NCBI GenBank assembly: GCA_965223545.1
Contig: OZ245006.1
Span: 1,344,001 to 1,408,000 of the forward strand
Reading direction: 5' to 3'
DNA from: Planctomycetota bacterium
GTDB lineage: Bacteria > Planctomycetota > UBA1135 > UBA2386
DNA length: 64,000 nucleotides
Below are positions 40,534-50,747 of this stretch, in pieces. Under the pieces are notes generated by a model that saw nothing but the letters and a program-made list of their open reading frames with translations, was not told where the DNA came from and searched no databases. Position numbers and translations under genes: made by a program. Numbering within the stretch: position 1 is the stretch's first letter; the number at the start of each line of letters is the position of its first letter.

Positions 40534-42528
40534 ATGCACACGATCCGAATCGGCGCCGCCGTCCTCAACCAGACTCCGATGGCGTGGGAGTCGAACCAGC
40601 GCAACATCAGCGACGCCATCGATGCGGCCCGCGAGCAGGGCGTGGCGATCCTCTGCCTGCCCGAGCTGTGCATCACCGGCTACGGCTGCGAGGACGCGTT
40701 CCTGTCGCGCGACCTGCAAGCGACCGCCTGGCAGATCCTGACCGAGCTCGCGCCGCAAACCGACGGCATGGCGGTGGCGATCAGCCTGCCGGTGTTCGTG
40801 CAAAGCGGCATCTTCGACGCCGCCGCCATGGTCATCGACGGCCGCATCCGCGGCCTGGTCGCCAAGCAGTACCTGCCGGCTGACGGCCTGCACTACGAGC
40901 CGCGTTGGTTTCGCGCCTGGCCCGCCGGCCAGCAGACGACCATCACCCGCGGTGGGCGCGAGATTCCATTCGGTGACCTGCTGTTCGACTGCCGCGGTGT
41001 CCGCATCGGGGTCGAGATCTGCGAGGACGCCTGGGTCGCGTCGCGGCCGGGCTTGGCGCAGGCGCGCGAGGGGGTCGATGTGATCCTCAACCCCAGCGCG
41101 AGCCACTTCGCGTTCGGCAAGCACAGAATCCGCAAGCGCTTCGTGCTGGAGGGTTCGCGCTTCTTCGGGGTCGGCTACGCCTTCGCCAACCTGCTCGGCA
41201 ACGAGGCCGGCCGCGCGATCTACGACGGCGACGCCTTGGTCGCCGCCGGCGGCGAGCTGCTGGCCACGGTGCCGCGCTTTTCCTTTGCCGACCTGCAGCT
41301 GACCGCGGCGCAAGTGGACCTCGACCGGTGCCGACTGCTGCGCACGCGGGCAGGCGGCATCCAGCCGGCCACCGGCGCGCCGCGCCCCGGGCTGGTGCGC
41401 TGCGACGCGCGGTTGCCCACCGAGGCACCCGCGGTGAGCCCGCCGGTCGGCGGCGACCCCTGGCCGGACAGCAAGGAAGAGGAGTTCACTCGCGCGACTG
41501 CGCTCGGGCTGCGCGACTACATCGCCAAGACGCACAGCAACGGGGCCGTCGTCTCGCTGAGCGGCGGGGCCGACTCGGCCGCCGTGGCGTGCCTGCTGGC
41601 GCTCATGACCGAGCTCGCGATCGCCGAGCTCGGCCGCGAGGGCTTCGCCGCGAAGCTCCCCGCCGTGCGCGGCCTGGCGGCCGCCACCGACAACCGCGCG
41701 GCGGTCGGCGCCCTGCTCACGACCGTGTATCAAGCCACCGCCAACAGCTCGGAGACCACTCGTGCCGCGGCACGCCAGCTGGCGGAAGCGCTGGGCACGC
41801 GCCATCTCGAGCTCGACGTCGAAGGGCTGGTCCGTGGCTACGTCGAACGCATCGAGGCCGCCACCGGCCGCTCGCTCGACTGGCAGCACGACGACCTCGC
41901 CCTGCAGAACATCCAGGCGCGGGTCCGGGCACCCTCGGTCTGGCTGCTCGCCAATCTCGAGTCCGCTCTGTTGTTGGCCACCAGCAACCGGTCGGAAGTC
42001 GCGGTCGGCTACGCGACCATGGACGGCGATACCTGCGGCGGGCTCAGCCCGATCGCCGGGATCGACAAGACCTCGCTGCGGGAGTGGTTGCGATGGCTGG
42101 AGCAGGACGGCCCGCACGGGCTCGACAAGCTACCGGCGCTGGCCGCGATCAACTGCCAGCAGCCGACCGCCGAGCTGCGGCCGGCGGACCGAAGCCAGAC
42201 CGACGAGGCCGACCTGATGCCATACCCCGTGCTCGACGCAATCGAGCGCGCCGCGATCCGGGACAAGCAGAGCCCGGTGGAGGTCCTCGCCCGACTGACG
42301 GCGCGGTTCGGCGAGCACGATCGGACTCGGCTGGCCGAATGGGTCGAGCGCTTCTTCAGGCTGTGGGCCCGCAATCAGTGGAAGCGCGAGCGCTACGCCC
42401 CCTCGTTCCACCTCGACGACGAGAACCTGGACCCCAAGACCTGGTGCCGGTTCCCGATCCTGTCCGGTGGCTACGAACGCGAGATCACAGCCCTGCGCGC
42501 CGCGATCGAAGCGGACGCCGGCGGCTGA
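40534..42528 (+). CDS. nadE: Glutamine-dependent NAD+ synthetase
   Basis: Nitrilase domain PEL..TGY and EICED; SLSGGADS, QNIQAR, PTAELRP. Confidence 0.96.
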   Translation: MHTIRIGAAVLNQTPMAWESNQRNISDAIDAAREQGVAILCLPELCITGYGCEDAFLSRDLQATAWQILTELAPQTDGMAVAISLPVFVQSGIFDAAAMVIDGRIRGLVAKQYLPADGLHYEPRWFRAWPAGQQTTITRGGREIPFGDLLFDCRGVRIGVEICEDAWVASRPGLAQAREGVDVILNPSASHFAFGKHRIRKRFVLEGSRFFGVGYAFANLLGNEAGRAIYDGDALVAAGGELLATVPRFSFADLQLTAAQVDLDRCRLLRTRAGGIQPATGAPRPGLVRCDARLPTEAPAVSPPVGGDPWPDSKEEEFTRATALGLRDYIAKTHSNGAVVSLSGGADSAAVACLLALMTELAIAELGREGFAAKLPAVRGLAAATDNRAAVGALLTTVYQATANSSETTRAAARQLAEALGTRHLELDVEGLVRGYVERIEAATGRSLDWQHDDLALQNIQARVRAPSVWLLANLESALLLATSNRSEVAVGYATMDGDTCGGLSPIAGIDKTSLREWLRWLEQDGPHGLDKLPALAAINCQQPTAELRPADRSQTDEADLMPYPVLDAIERAAIRDKQSPVEVLARLTARFGEHDRTRLAEWVERFFRLWARNQWKRERYAPSFHLDDENLDPKTWCRFPILSGGYEREITALRAAIEADAGG

Positions 42529-42537
42529 CCGCGCGGC

Positions 42538-42882
42538 TCAACCGCCGTACAGCGCCTCGGCTTTGGCGGCGAAGACGAAGTCGCTCTCGGTCAGGCCGTC
42601 GATCTTGTGGGTCTAAACGTCGACCCGAACCACGCCCCACGCCAAGTACAGATCGGGGTGGTGCCCCTGCTCCTCGGCCATCGCGCCGACGCGGTTGGTG
42701 TAGGCCAGCGCGGCCGCAAAGTCCTCGAAGCGGAAGGTCTTGCTCAGGTGGTGGCCATCGACTACCTGCCATTCGGCGCCCAGTCGCTGCAACAGCGCGG
42801 CCCGGGCATCCGCCGCCAGTGGTGGCACACCACCGCGGCACGGCACGCAGCTCTGGTCGGCGAGAGGCTCGATGTCGGCCAT
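42538..42882 (-). pseudogene. phhB: Pterin-4-alpha-carbinolamine dehydratase with in-frame TAG at 42613-42615
   Basis: CVPC, EEQGHHPD, then TAG, followed in frame by THKIDGLTESDFVFAAK to TGA. Confidence 0.85.
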
Positions 42883-42917
42883 TGGGGTCTGATGGGTTGG
42901 TCGCGCGGCAAGAGGGG

Positions 42918-42993
42918 TGGTGAGGGCGGAAGGACTCGAACCTTCGACCAGCGGCTTAAAAGGCCGATGCTCTACCAACTGAGCTACGCCCCC
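42918..42993 (-). tRNA. tRNA-Lys (TTT)
   Basis: 76-nt cloverleaf GGGGGCGTAGCTCAGTTGGTAGAGC...CTTTTAA...GGTTCGAGTCC...ACCA. Confidence 0.97.
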
Positions 42994-43124
42994 GAGATCG
43001 TCGGGACGCACGCCATGAGAGGCGCCCGCGACCGGGCTTCGCAGAGTCAAGCGCGCGCGGCGGGGATTCGCAAGCCGACCGCCGTCGTTTTCGCGACCGC
43101 GGCGGGCCGCGCGGAGTGCGGCGG

Positions 43125-43691
43125 TCAGTCCTCCATGATCTCGGAGGACTTCTTCTTCAACACTTCGTCGACGCGCGCTTCGCCGCGCTTCAACGCCTCC
43201 TGCACCGAGTCGTGCAGGTCCCGGTTGAGGTCCTCCGACAGCTGGCCGTCTTTCAGGGCCTGGTCGGCGTGTTTGTTGGCGTCGCGCCGCTCGTTGCGCA
43301 GCGCGACCCGACACCCCTCGGACAGCTCCTTGACCTTCGCCACCAGCTTCACGCGCTGCTCCTCCGACAGCGGCGGCATGGTCAGCCGCAGAACCTTGCC
43401 GTCGGAGCTCGGCGTCAGGCCGAGGTCGGACTTGAGGATCGCCCGCTCCATCTCCTTGAGCGCGCTCTGATCGAACGGCTTGAGCAGCAGCTGGCGGGGC
43501 TCCGGCACCGAGATGTGGGCCAGTTGCTGGAGCGGAGTCGGCGAGCCGTAGTAGTCGACCTTGATCGTGTCGACCAACGCCGGCGACGCCCGCCCGGTGC
43601 GGATGGTGCGCAACTGCTCGATCAAGTGTTGGATCGACTTCTCGATCTTTTCCTCGAGCTGGCTGAGGATCTGTTTCGAGGTCTCTTCCAT
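43125..43691 (-). CDS. frr: Ribosome recycling factor
   Basis: IRTGRA, VDYYG, PPLSEE.R, RNERRDAN. Confidence 0.97.
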   Translation of the reverse strand: MEETSKQILSQLEEKIEKSIQHLIEQLRTIRTGRASPALVDTIKVDYYGSPTPLQQLAHISVPEPRQLLLKPFDQSALKEMERAILKSDLGLTPSSDGKVLRLTMPPLSEEQRVKLVAKVKELSEGCRVALRNERRDANKHADQALKDGQLSEDLNRDLHDSVQEALKRGEARVDEVLKKKSSEIMED

Positions 43692-43722
43692 AGCTGACGC
43701 CGTTATACCGGACCGGCGCAGG

Positions 43723-44448
43723 TCAGTCGTCGGGAATCACCCACGTACCGATCGACTCGCCGCGCACCGCCCGCTCGACGTTGCCGTCGACGAACATGTC
43801 GAACACCATGATCGGCATTCGGTTCTCCATGCACAGCGTGAACGCCGTGCGATCCATGACGCGCAGGTCTTGGTCGAGCGCCGACTTGAACGTGATCCGG
43901 TCGATCTTGGTCGCGCTCGGGTCGAGCACCGGGTCGGCGGTGTAGACGCCGTCCACCTTGGTCGCCTTGAGCAGCAGATCGACCTCGAGCTCGGTGGCGC
44001 GCAGCGCCGCGGCAGTGTCGGTGGTGAAGTACGGGTTGCCGGTGCCGCCGGCGAGAATGACCACGCGGTCCTTCTCGAGGTGCCGTATCGCCCGCCGGCG
44101 GATGTAGGGCTCCATGAAGGTCTTCATCTCCATGGCCGACGCGGCGCGGGTCTCGATCCCACGCCGCTCGAGAGCATCTTGCAGGGCGAGGCAGTTGATC
44201 GCGGTCGCCAGCATTCCCATCTGGTCGGCGGTCGCCCGGCCCGTGCCGTGACGGGCGAACTCGGCACCGCGCACGAGATTGCCGGCGCCGCAGACCACCG
44301 CGATCTGCACCCCGGCGGCCCGCGCCCGACCGATCTGTTCGGCGACGCCGGCGACGACTTCGGGTGACAACCCGGCCGCACCGGGCTCCGCCAAGCTCTC
44401 CCCGCTGATTTTGAGCAGGACCCGGCGGATCTGCTGGGGGCGGCCCAC
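43723..44448 (-). CDS. pyrH: UMP kinase
   Basis: RVLLKISGE, DQMGMLAT, GTGNPYFTTD, VDGVY. Confidence 0.97.
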   Translation of the reverse strand: MGRPQQIRRVLLKISGESLAEPGAAGLSPEVVAGVAEQIGRARAAGVQIAVVCGAGNLVRGAEFARHGTGRATADQMGMLATAINCLALQDALERRGIETRAASAMEMKTFMEPYIRRRAIRHLEKDRVVILAGGTGNPYFTTDTAAALRATELEVDLLLKATKVDGVYTADPVLDPSATKIDRITFKSALDQDLRVMDRTAFTLCMENRMPIMVFDMFVDGNVERAVRGESIGTWVIPDD

Positions 44449-44454
44449 CGCGGA

Positions 44455-45063
44455 TCAGTCCCCGCCCAGTTCGAACCGGGCAAACCGACTGATCTGGATG
44501 TTCTCGCCGATCTTGGCCACCAGCTGCTGGCGCATCTGGTCGACCGTGATCTTGTCGTCCTTGACCCAGGGCTGATCCATCAGGCAACGCTCGGCGAAGA
44601 ACTTCTCCATCCGGCCGGCGACCGCCTTGTCGATCACCTCCTGCGGCTTGCCCTGCATGTTCTCTTGCGCTTGCTCGACGAGGATGCGCCGCTCGTCCTC
44701 CACCGCCGCGTCCGGAATGTCGTCACGGCGCAGACCGAGCGGGTTGGCAAAGGCGATGTGCAGGCAGAGATCCTTGCCGAACTGCTGGAAGTCCTCGTTG
44801 CGCGCGACGAAGTCGGTCTCGCACGACACCGCTGCCATCACGCCCAGCCGGCCGGGCGGATGCACGTAGGTGAACACGAGCCCCTCGGCGGCCTCGCGGC
44901 CGGCCTTCTTGGCCGCGGTCTGCAGGCCCTTCTTGCGCAGGATCTCGGCGGCCCGGTCCATGTCGCCCTCGGCCTCCTTGAGGGCGGCCTTGCAGTCCAT
45001 CATCGGGGCGCCGGTCTGCTTGCGCAGCGCCATCACCGTCTTGGCATCGATCTCGACCATCAT
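44455..45063 (-). CDS. tsf: Elongation factor Ts (short form)
   Basis: LRKQTGAPMMDCK, CETDFVA, GENIQISRF. Confidence 0.97.
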   Translation of the reverse strand: MMVEIDAKTVMALRKQTGAPMMDCKAALKEAEGDMDRAAEILRKKGLQTAAKKAGREAAEGLVFTYVHPPGRLGVMAAVSCETDFVARNEDFQQFGKDLCLHIAFANPLGLRRDDIPDAAVEDERRILVEQAQENMQGKPQEVIDKAVAGRMEKFFAERCLMDQPWVKDDKITVDQMRQQLVAKIGENIQISRFARFELGGD

Positions 45064-45183
45064 TTCATTCTCCTGGAGGCGGGACAGCCCGCCGCCCTCG
45101 TGCAAAGTACGCTCGTAGCATCGGCGCGAATCCAGCGCCGCACCGCCGCGGCGCGGAGAGCTGGATCCTCGATCGCGACGCGG

Positions 45184-46335
45184 TCACTCTTGCGGCTTGC
45201 TCTCGCCACCCTCGGGCGCGGCGCTCTCGGTGGCCGGCGCCGCCTGTGTCGGCTCCGCGGGCGCGGGCGTCTCAGGCGCCTCTGCCGGGGACGCCTCTGC
45301 AGCGGGCGCCTCTGCCGGGGGCGCCGCCGCAGCTTCCGCGCCGGGCGCTGCCTCGACCGCCGGGGCCGGAGCCGGAGCCGCTTCGCTCGCAGCCGGTGGT
45401 GCCTGCTCGCCAGCGGCACCGACCCGCTCGCCAGCGCCACCCACCGACACCGAATCGGCGTGGCCGCCGTGGCGATCGGCGAACCGGCCGGTCGACTGGC
45501 GCGACGGCCGGCCACCGCCGGCACCCGGACGCCCACCACCGGAGCGGCGCGGCGGCCGCCCGCCGGGCTGCTGCTGGCGGCGCCCCGGAGCGGCGCGCGC
45601 ACGCAGATCGTCCTGCGCCGCCTGCTGCGCCTGGGCCGCCGCCTGCTCGTCCATGTTGGCCCGCCCCTCGATCACGGCATCCGCCAGCCGCGACATCAGG
45701 AGCTTGACCGAGCTCATGGCGTCGTCGTTGCCGGGAATCACGATGTCGGCGCGGTCGGGGTCACAGTCCGTGTCGAGGATGCAGATGACCGGCACGTTCA
45801 TGCGCTCGGCCTCGCGCACACAGTTGTCCTCGCGGCGCGGATCGATGACGACGATGGCGCCGGGCAATCCGTGCAGATCGCGCACCCCCTCGAGGTTGCG
45901 GCTGATCTTGCGCATCTCGCGACGCAGCGTCGCCTGGTCCTTCTTCTTGTAGCGCGCCATCGAGCCGTCGGCCTCCATCGCCTCGAGCTCTTCGAGCCGC
46001 GCCAACCGCTCGCGCACGGTGTTGAAGTTGGTCAGGGTGCCGCCGATCCAACGCTCGGTCACCGCGGGCATGCCGCAGCGCTTGGCCTCGGCCTCCACCA
46101 CGCTGCGAATCTGCCGCTTGGTGCCCAGGAACATCACCTGCGCACCGGACGAAGCGAGCCGCCGGACGAAGTGGCACGCCTGGTACAAGCCGCGGATCGT
46201 CTCCTGGAGGTTGATGGTATGGATCTTGTGCCGCTTGCCGTAGATGTACGGACGCATCTTCGGGTTCCAGCGGGCGGCCTGGTGTCCGAAGTGGACGCCG
46301 GCTTCGATCAATTCCTGAACGGTGACGATCGGCAC
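45184..46335 (-). CDS. rpsB: 30S ribosomal protein S2 with long low-complexity C-terminal tail
   Basis: EAGVHFGH, WNPKM, RWIGGTLTN, IPGNDD. Confidence 0.97.
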   Translation of the reverse strand: MPIVTVQELIEAGVHFGHQAARWNPKMRPYIYGKRHKIHTINLQETIRGLYQACHFVRRLASSGAQVMFLGTKRQIRSVVEAEAKRCGMPAVTERWIGGTLTNFNTVRERLARLEELEAMEADGSMARYKKKDQATLRREMRKISRNLEGVRDLHGLPGAIVVIDPRREDNCVREAERMNVPVICILDTDCDPDRADIVIPGNDDAMSSVKLLMSRLADAVIEGRANMDEQAAAQAQQAAQDDLRARAAPGRRQQQPGGRPPRRSGGGRPGAGGGRPSRQSTGRFADRHGGHADSVSVGGAGERVGAAGEQAPPAASEAAPAPAPAVEAAPGAEAAAAPPAEAPAAEASPAEAPETPAPAEPTQAAPATESAAPEGGESKPQE

Positions 46336-46383
46336 GTGAATCTGCCTTGGCGATGAGGCTAGGAGGGGAAATGAGGGCGAAAC

Positions 46384-46411
46384 ATCCTATGCCGGGCAGG
46401 GTAGCGGTCAA
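46384..46411 (-). promoter_or_regulatory. Possible sigma70-type promoter of the rpsB operon
   Basis: TTGACC-16 nt-TAGGAT on the minus strand, about 50 nt upstream of rpsB. Confidence 0.45.
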
Positions 46412-46609
46412 GACCGGGCTTTTCAGTTCCGCGGGCCCCGTTAGACTGGGGGCCCAACCGGTCACCGACGGCCAGGGTCGCCCCCGCGTCACGGGAGGGG
46501 GGCGTGCGCTCGAACCCGTGTGGTCCGCCGCCACACGCTTCCTCGACGGGGCTCGCGACCAGTGATCAAGACCGACACCTTCAGATCGACCGCATCCCCC
46601 GTCCCGCGC

Positions 46610-47638
46610 ATGTCCGCCCAGCCGCCGACGCCCACTCCGCCCGGCCGCGGTGCGCCCGTGCTGGTCCTCAACCACCAGCGCGAGGCCTGCGAGGCCCTGC
46701 TCACCGAGCTCGAGCGGGCCGGCTTCGAAACCCGGCTCAGCAGCTCGATCGCGGCCACCAAGGAGCTCTTGGAGTCCGGCGCGCTGCGCGGCGATGGCCG
46801 CCCCGGGGTCGCCCTCCTGCGGCCGGTCGCGCTGGTCCCCGGCGGCGCCGAGACCTCCCTCCTCAACCGGCTGCTGCAGGATGTGCCGGGGCTGCCGGTG
46901 ATCTTCGTCGTCGACAACGTCGCCGACCTCGACCTGGCGCAGGCGCTGCACCTGCCGTTCTGCGACTTCGTGCTGCGGCCGCACTCGGCCTCGGAGCTGG
47001 TGCGGCGGGTCGAGCGCGCGCGCCGCGACCAACGCGAGGTGATGCGCCTGCAGCAGCTGGCGCGCGACCTCGAAGGTCAGGTGAGCGTCGACTTCAAGAC
47101 CGGCCTGCTCAGCGAGCGCCACCTCGGCAGCGTGCTGCAGGCCGAGTGCAACCGCGCGCAGCGGCATCACTTGCCACTGTCGCTGCTGCTGGTCGACGTC
47201 GACAACTTCAAGGGAATCAACGACACCACGGAGTACGCGTTCGGCGACGTGGTCTTGGCCGAGGTCGCGCGGGTGCTCAAGGAGAACACCCGTGAGAGCG
47301 ACTACGCGGCCCGCTTCGGCGGCGACGAGTTCGTCCTCGTGCTGCCGCACACGACTTCGGCCGAGGCGGTGAAGACCGCGGTCCGCATCCGCACCAAGAT
47401 CGCCGCCCTGGTCGTGCGCAACGGCAGCTACAGCCACCGCCCGACGGTGTCGATCGGCATCGACACCTTCGACGGCCAGGGCACCACCACCCCGACCGAG
47501 CTGCGCCGCCGCGCCAACAAGGCGCTGCACGAAGCCAAACGCCGCGGCAAGGATCAGGTGTGGCTGTTCTCCGGCGACGACCGGGGCGCCGCGCCGCGCG
47601 GCGAGGAGTCCGCGGCGGAAGCCGCCGGCGACAGCTGA
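46610..47638 (+). CDS. Diguanylate cyclase with degenerate receiver-like domain
   Basis: DVDNFKGIND, RESD I-site, RFGGDEF, AKRRGKD. Confidence 0.92.
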   Translation: MSAQPPTPTPPGRGAPVLVLNHQREACEALLTELERAGFETRLSSSIAATKELLESGALRGDGRPGVALLRPVALVPGGAETSLLNRLLQDVPGLPVIFVVDNVADLDLAQALHLPFCDFVLRPHSASELVRRVERARRDQREVMRLQQLARDLEGQVSVDFKTGLLSERHLGSVLQAECNRAQRHHLPLSLLLVDVDNFKGINDTTEYAFGDVVLAEVARVLKENTRESDYAARFGGDEFVLVLPHTTSAEAVKTAVRIRTKIAALVVRNGSYSHRPTVSIGIDTFDGQGTTTPTELRRRANKALHEAKRRGKDQVWLFSGDDRGAAPRGEESAAEAAGDS

Positions 47639-47661
47639 CGCCCGAGGACCGCCCCCCGGAG

Positions 47662-48633
47662 ATGACCGACGCCACCGAGTCGACGGATTGGCTGCAGGCC
47701 GTGCACGAGGCAGCAACGCGGATCGCCGACTGCGTGCGCGAGACGCCCTGCGAGTCGTCCCCGTCGCTGAGCGCCGCCGGCGGCGGTCGCGTGCAGCTCA
47801 AGCTCGAGAACCAACAGCGCACCGGCTCGTTCAAGCTGCGCGGCGCCAGCAACAAGATTCTCGGCCTACCGCCGGCGGCACGCGCGCGCGGCGTGATCGC
47901 CGCCTCCTCCGGCAACCACGGTCTCGGTGTCGCCGACGCCGCGGCCCGCGCCGACGCCACAGCGCTCGTGTTCGTTCCCGACGCCACGCCGGCCTACAAG
48001 TGCGAGGCCATCGCGGCGCGCGGCGCCACGGTGCGCCGCGCCGGCACCGACTGCGTCGAGACCGAGGCGATCGCGCGCCGTCACGCCGAGGCCGAAGGTG
48101 CCACCTACGTCTCGCCATACAACGATCGCGCGGTGATCGCCGGCCAGGGCACGGTCGGCCTCGAGCTGCACCGTCAACTGCAGCGGCTCGACGCGGTGTT
48201 CGTCGCGCTCGGGGGCGGCGGCCTGATCTCCGGCATCGGCATCGCCCTGCGCGCGCTGCGCCCCGACTGCGACATCATCGCCTGCTCGCCAGCCGCTTCG
48301 CCGGTGATGCACGCCTCCCTGACCGCCGGCCACATCATCGAAATGCCGACCGATGCCACCCTGTCCGACTCCACCGCCGGCGGCGTCGAGCCGGGCTCGA
48401 TCACCTTCGACCTCTGCCGCAAGGTCATCCACCGCAGCGTGACCGTCGACGAGGACCAGATCGCCACCGCGATGCGCTGGATGATCGAACGCGACCACCA
48501 GCTGGTCGAGGGCGCCGCGGGCGTCGCCGTCGCCGGCTACCAATCCCTGGCGGACGAGTACCGCGACGCCGACGTCGCCATCGTTCTCTGCGGCGCCAAC
48601 ATCGGCCTCGACGCCCTCCGCCAAGTCCTCTAG
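47662..48633 (+). CDS. PLP-dependent threonine/serine dehydratase family protein
   Basis: KLEN.Q.TGSFKLRGA, SSGNHG, GQGT, GGGGLISG, CGANI. Confidence 0.92.
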   Translation: MTDATESTDWLQAVHEAATRIADCVRETPCESSPSLSAAGGGRVQLKLENQQRTGSFKLRGASNKILGLPPAARARGVIAASSGNHGLGVADAAARADATALVFVPDATPAYKCEAIAARGATVRRAGTDCVETEAIARRHAEAEGATYVSPYNDRAVIAGQGTVGLELHRQLQRLDAVFVALGGGGLISGIGIALRALRPDCDIIACSPAASPVMHASLTAGHIIEMPTDATLSDSTAGGVEPGSITFDLCRKVIHRSVTVDEDQIATAMRWMIERDHQLVEGAAGVAVAGYQSLADEYRDADVAIVLCGANIGLDALRQVL

Positions 48634-48660
48634 AAAGTACCGAGTCAGGCTCGATTTTCT
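48632..48660. repeat. REP-like palindrome
   Basis: AGAAA-GTAC-CGAGTC-A-GGCTCG-AT-TTTCT; 14/17 identical to the core of the 60823 element. Confidence 0.55.
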
Positions 48661-48742
48661 CGCTTCCGCGCACCGCCCACCCGTCGTCCCGCTGATCGGC
48701 TCGCCTTCCGCGGCGCAGTCTTCTAGTGTTCGCGGCAACGGC

Positions 48743-50001
48743 ATGCAAACGGCACCCACGGACCACTGGATCAACGACCTGGTCAACTGGCTCGGGCTGG
48801 GCACCTGGGCGACGCAGGCGCTCGCCGTCAGCGTGCTGCTGGCGGCGTGTGCGCTGTGCGCGGCGCTGTCGCGCTTCGTGGCGTTCGCTCTCGTGCGACG
48901 GGCCATCCGCCGGACTCAGTTCCGCTGGGACGACGCTTTCGTCGATCACGGTTTCCTGCGCTGGCTGTCCTGGGTGCCCGCGGCCCTGGTCGCGCAATCG
49001 GTGGCCGCCGCGTTGCCGCAGATCGAGGGGGTCACCCTCGATGTCATCGATCGCACCGCATCCGCGTTCTTGGTGTTCGCCTGCATGATGACGCTGAGCG
49101 CACTGCTCACCGCGCTGCACGCGATCTACCAAGAGCTCGAAGTCGCCCGCTCGAGACCGCTCAAGGGCTACGTACAGATCGGCAAGATCCTCGTGCACGT
49201 CATCGGCACGGTCGTCCTGATCTCGGCGGTGATGCGCGAAGACCCGTGGCAGATGCTGACCGGCATCGGCGCGATGACGGCGGTCCTGCTGCTGATCTTC
49301 AAGGACACGATCCTGTCGCTGGTCGCCTCGATCCAGCTCAGCTCGACCGACATGGTGCGCGTCGGCGATTGGGTCGAGCTGCCGCAGTTCGGCGCGGACG
49401 GCGATGTCATCGACATCTCGCTGCACACCGTCAAGATCCAGAACTGGGACAAGACGATCACCACGTGCCGACCTACAGCCTGGTGTCCGGCAGCTTCAAG
49501 AACTGGCGCGGCATGCAGGAGAGCGGCGGCCGCCGCATCAAGCGCTCGCTGCACGTCGACGTCGCGTCGGTGCGCTTCCTCGATGAGGACGACGTCGAAC
49601 GGTTCTCGCAGTTCCGACTGCTGCAGGGCTACATCGCCGGCAAGCGGGCGGCGCTGGCCGAGTCCGCGCAGAACCAGGGTGAAGCCGCCGAAATCCCGGC
49701 CAACAAACGACGACTGACCAACCTCGGCACGTTTCGCGCCTACATCATCGCGTATCTGCGCAACCACCCCGAGGTGCATCCGTACATGACGTTTCTCGTG
49801 CGGCAGCTCGAGCCGGGGCCGCAAGGGGTGCCGTTGGAGATCTACGTGTTCAGCAAAGTCACGCGCTGGGTCGACTACGAGGCGATCCAGGCCGACATCT
49901 TCGATCACCTCCTGGCGATCGCACCCGAGTTCGAGCTGCGCGTATTCCAGTCCCCGTCGAGCGGCGACCTCGCCGCGCTGGCGCGGGAGCAGCCGGCGTG
50001 A
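48743..50001 (+). pseudogene. MscS-family (YbdG-like) mechanosensitive channel, frameshifted near 49465
   Basis: First frame ends NWDKTITT; the other frame continues VPTYSLVSGSFKNWRGM..GGRRIKR; one G is missing in ACG|GTG. Confidence 0.88.
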
Positions 50002-50747
50002 ACCTGATCTTGCTGCGCGCCGACGAACTCGGCGGCGACGGCTTGGTCCAGCTGTCCGGTGCGCGCGCCGATCACGTGCGCGACGTCCTGCGCGCCCGCC
50101 CCGGGGACTACCTGCGCATCGGCGTCGAGGACGGAGCGCTGGGCGACGCCGAAGTCGCGGCCATCGACGGCAGCGACATCACCTTGCGCTGCACGCTGCA
50201 CGACACGCCACCGCGACCGCGCGATGTGCTCTTGCTGGCGATCCCGCGACCCCGCGTCCTGACGCGCTGCCTCGAACACGCCGCCGCCCTCGGCTTTGGG
50301 CGGATCATCCTGTTCCGCAGCTGGCGGGTCGACAAGAGCCACGTGCTGGCCAGTGCACTCGGGAACGAGGCTTGTTCGGCGGCTCTGCGCCGCGGGCTCA
50401 GCCAGGCGCGGCGCACGCACTTGCCGGCAGTCGCCCGCTATGACCGCTTCAAACCGTTCGTCGAGGACGAGCTCGACCAGCTGCTGCCGGCCGACAACCG
50501 CTTCGTCGCCGACCCCGGCGCCACGGTCGCGGCAGGCGAAGCCAACGTCACCGAAAACCCACTGGCCCTGGTGATCGGCCCCGAGCGCGGCTTGCTCGAC
50601 TACGAGGTCTCACTCCTCGCGCAGCACGGCTTCGCCCCCGTGCACGCGGGCCCGCATCCCCAACGCGTGGAGGTCGCGGTCCCGCTCGTCTACGGCCAGC
50701 TCTCGCTGCGCCGCACCGGCGCCCCTGCTACTGGGCGCCGATCGTGA
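49998..50747 (+). CDS. rsmE: 16S rRNA m3U1498 methyltransferase
   Basis: H...VLR, LAIPRP, LVIGPERG...E, RVEVA. Confidence 0.9.
   Translation: MNLILLRADELGGDGLVQLSGARADHVRDVLRARPGDYLRIGVEDGALGDAEVAAIDGSDITLRCTLHDTPPRPRDVLLLAIPRPRVLTRCLEHAAALGFGRIILFRSWRVDKSHVLASALGNEACSAALRRGLSQARRTHLPAVARYDRFKPFVEDELDQLLPADNRFVADPGATVAAGEANVTENPLALVIGPERGLLDYEVSLLAQHGFAPVHAGPHPQRVEVAVPLVYGQLSLRRTGAPATGRRS

Noticed and set aside
34464..42117. Long alternative-frame ORFs (e.g. 34464-37319, 36806-39769, 39250-42117) and similar ones across the window
   Set aside because: Arg/Ala/Pro-rich shadow ORFs expected at high GC, overlapping well-supported genes
42613..42615. Genome-wide TAG reassignment
   Set aside because: TAG terminates other genes at their expected ends (e.g. 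48631-48633, 55210-55212, 56364-56366)
42918..42993. tRNA as an integration site for an island
   Set aside because: No integrase nearby and no duplicated tRNA 3' end seen in the window
45184..45660. Long rpsB C-terminal extension as a novel domain
   Set aside because: Low-complexity Ala/Pro/Glu tails on S2 are common in high-GC bacteria
49455..49475. Programmed ribosomal frameshift
   Set aside because: No slippery sequence; a one-base deletion explains it
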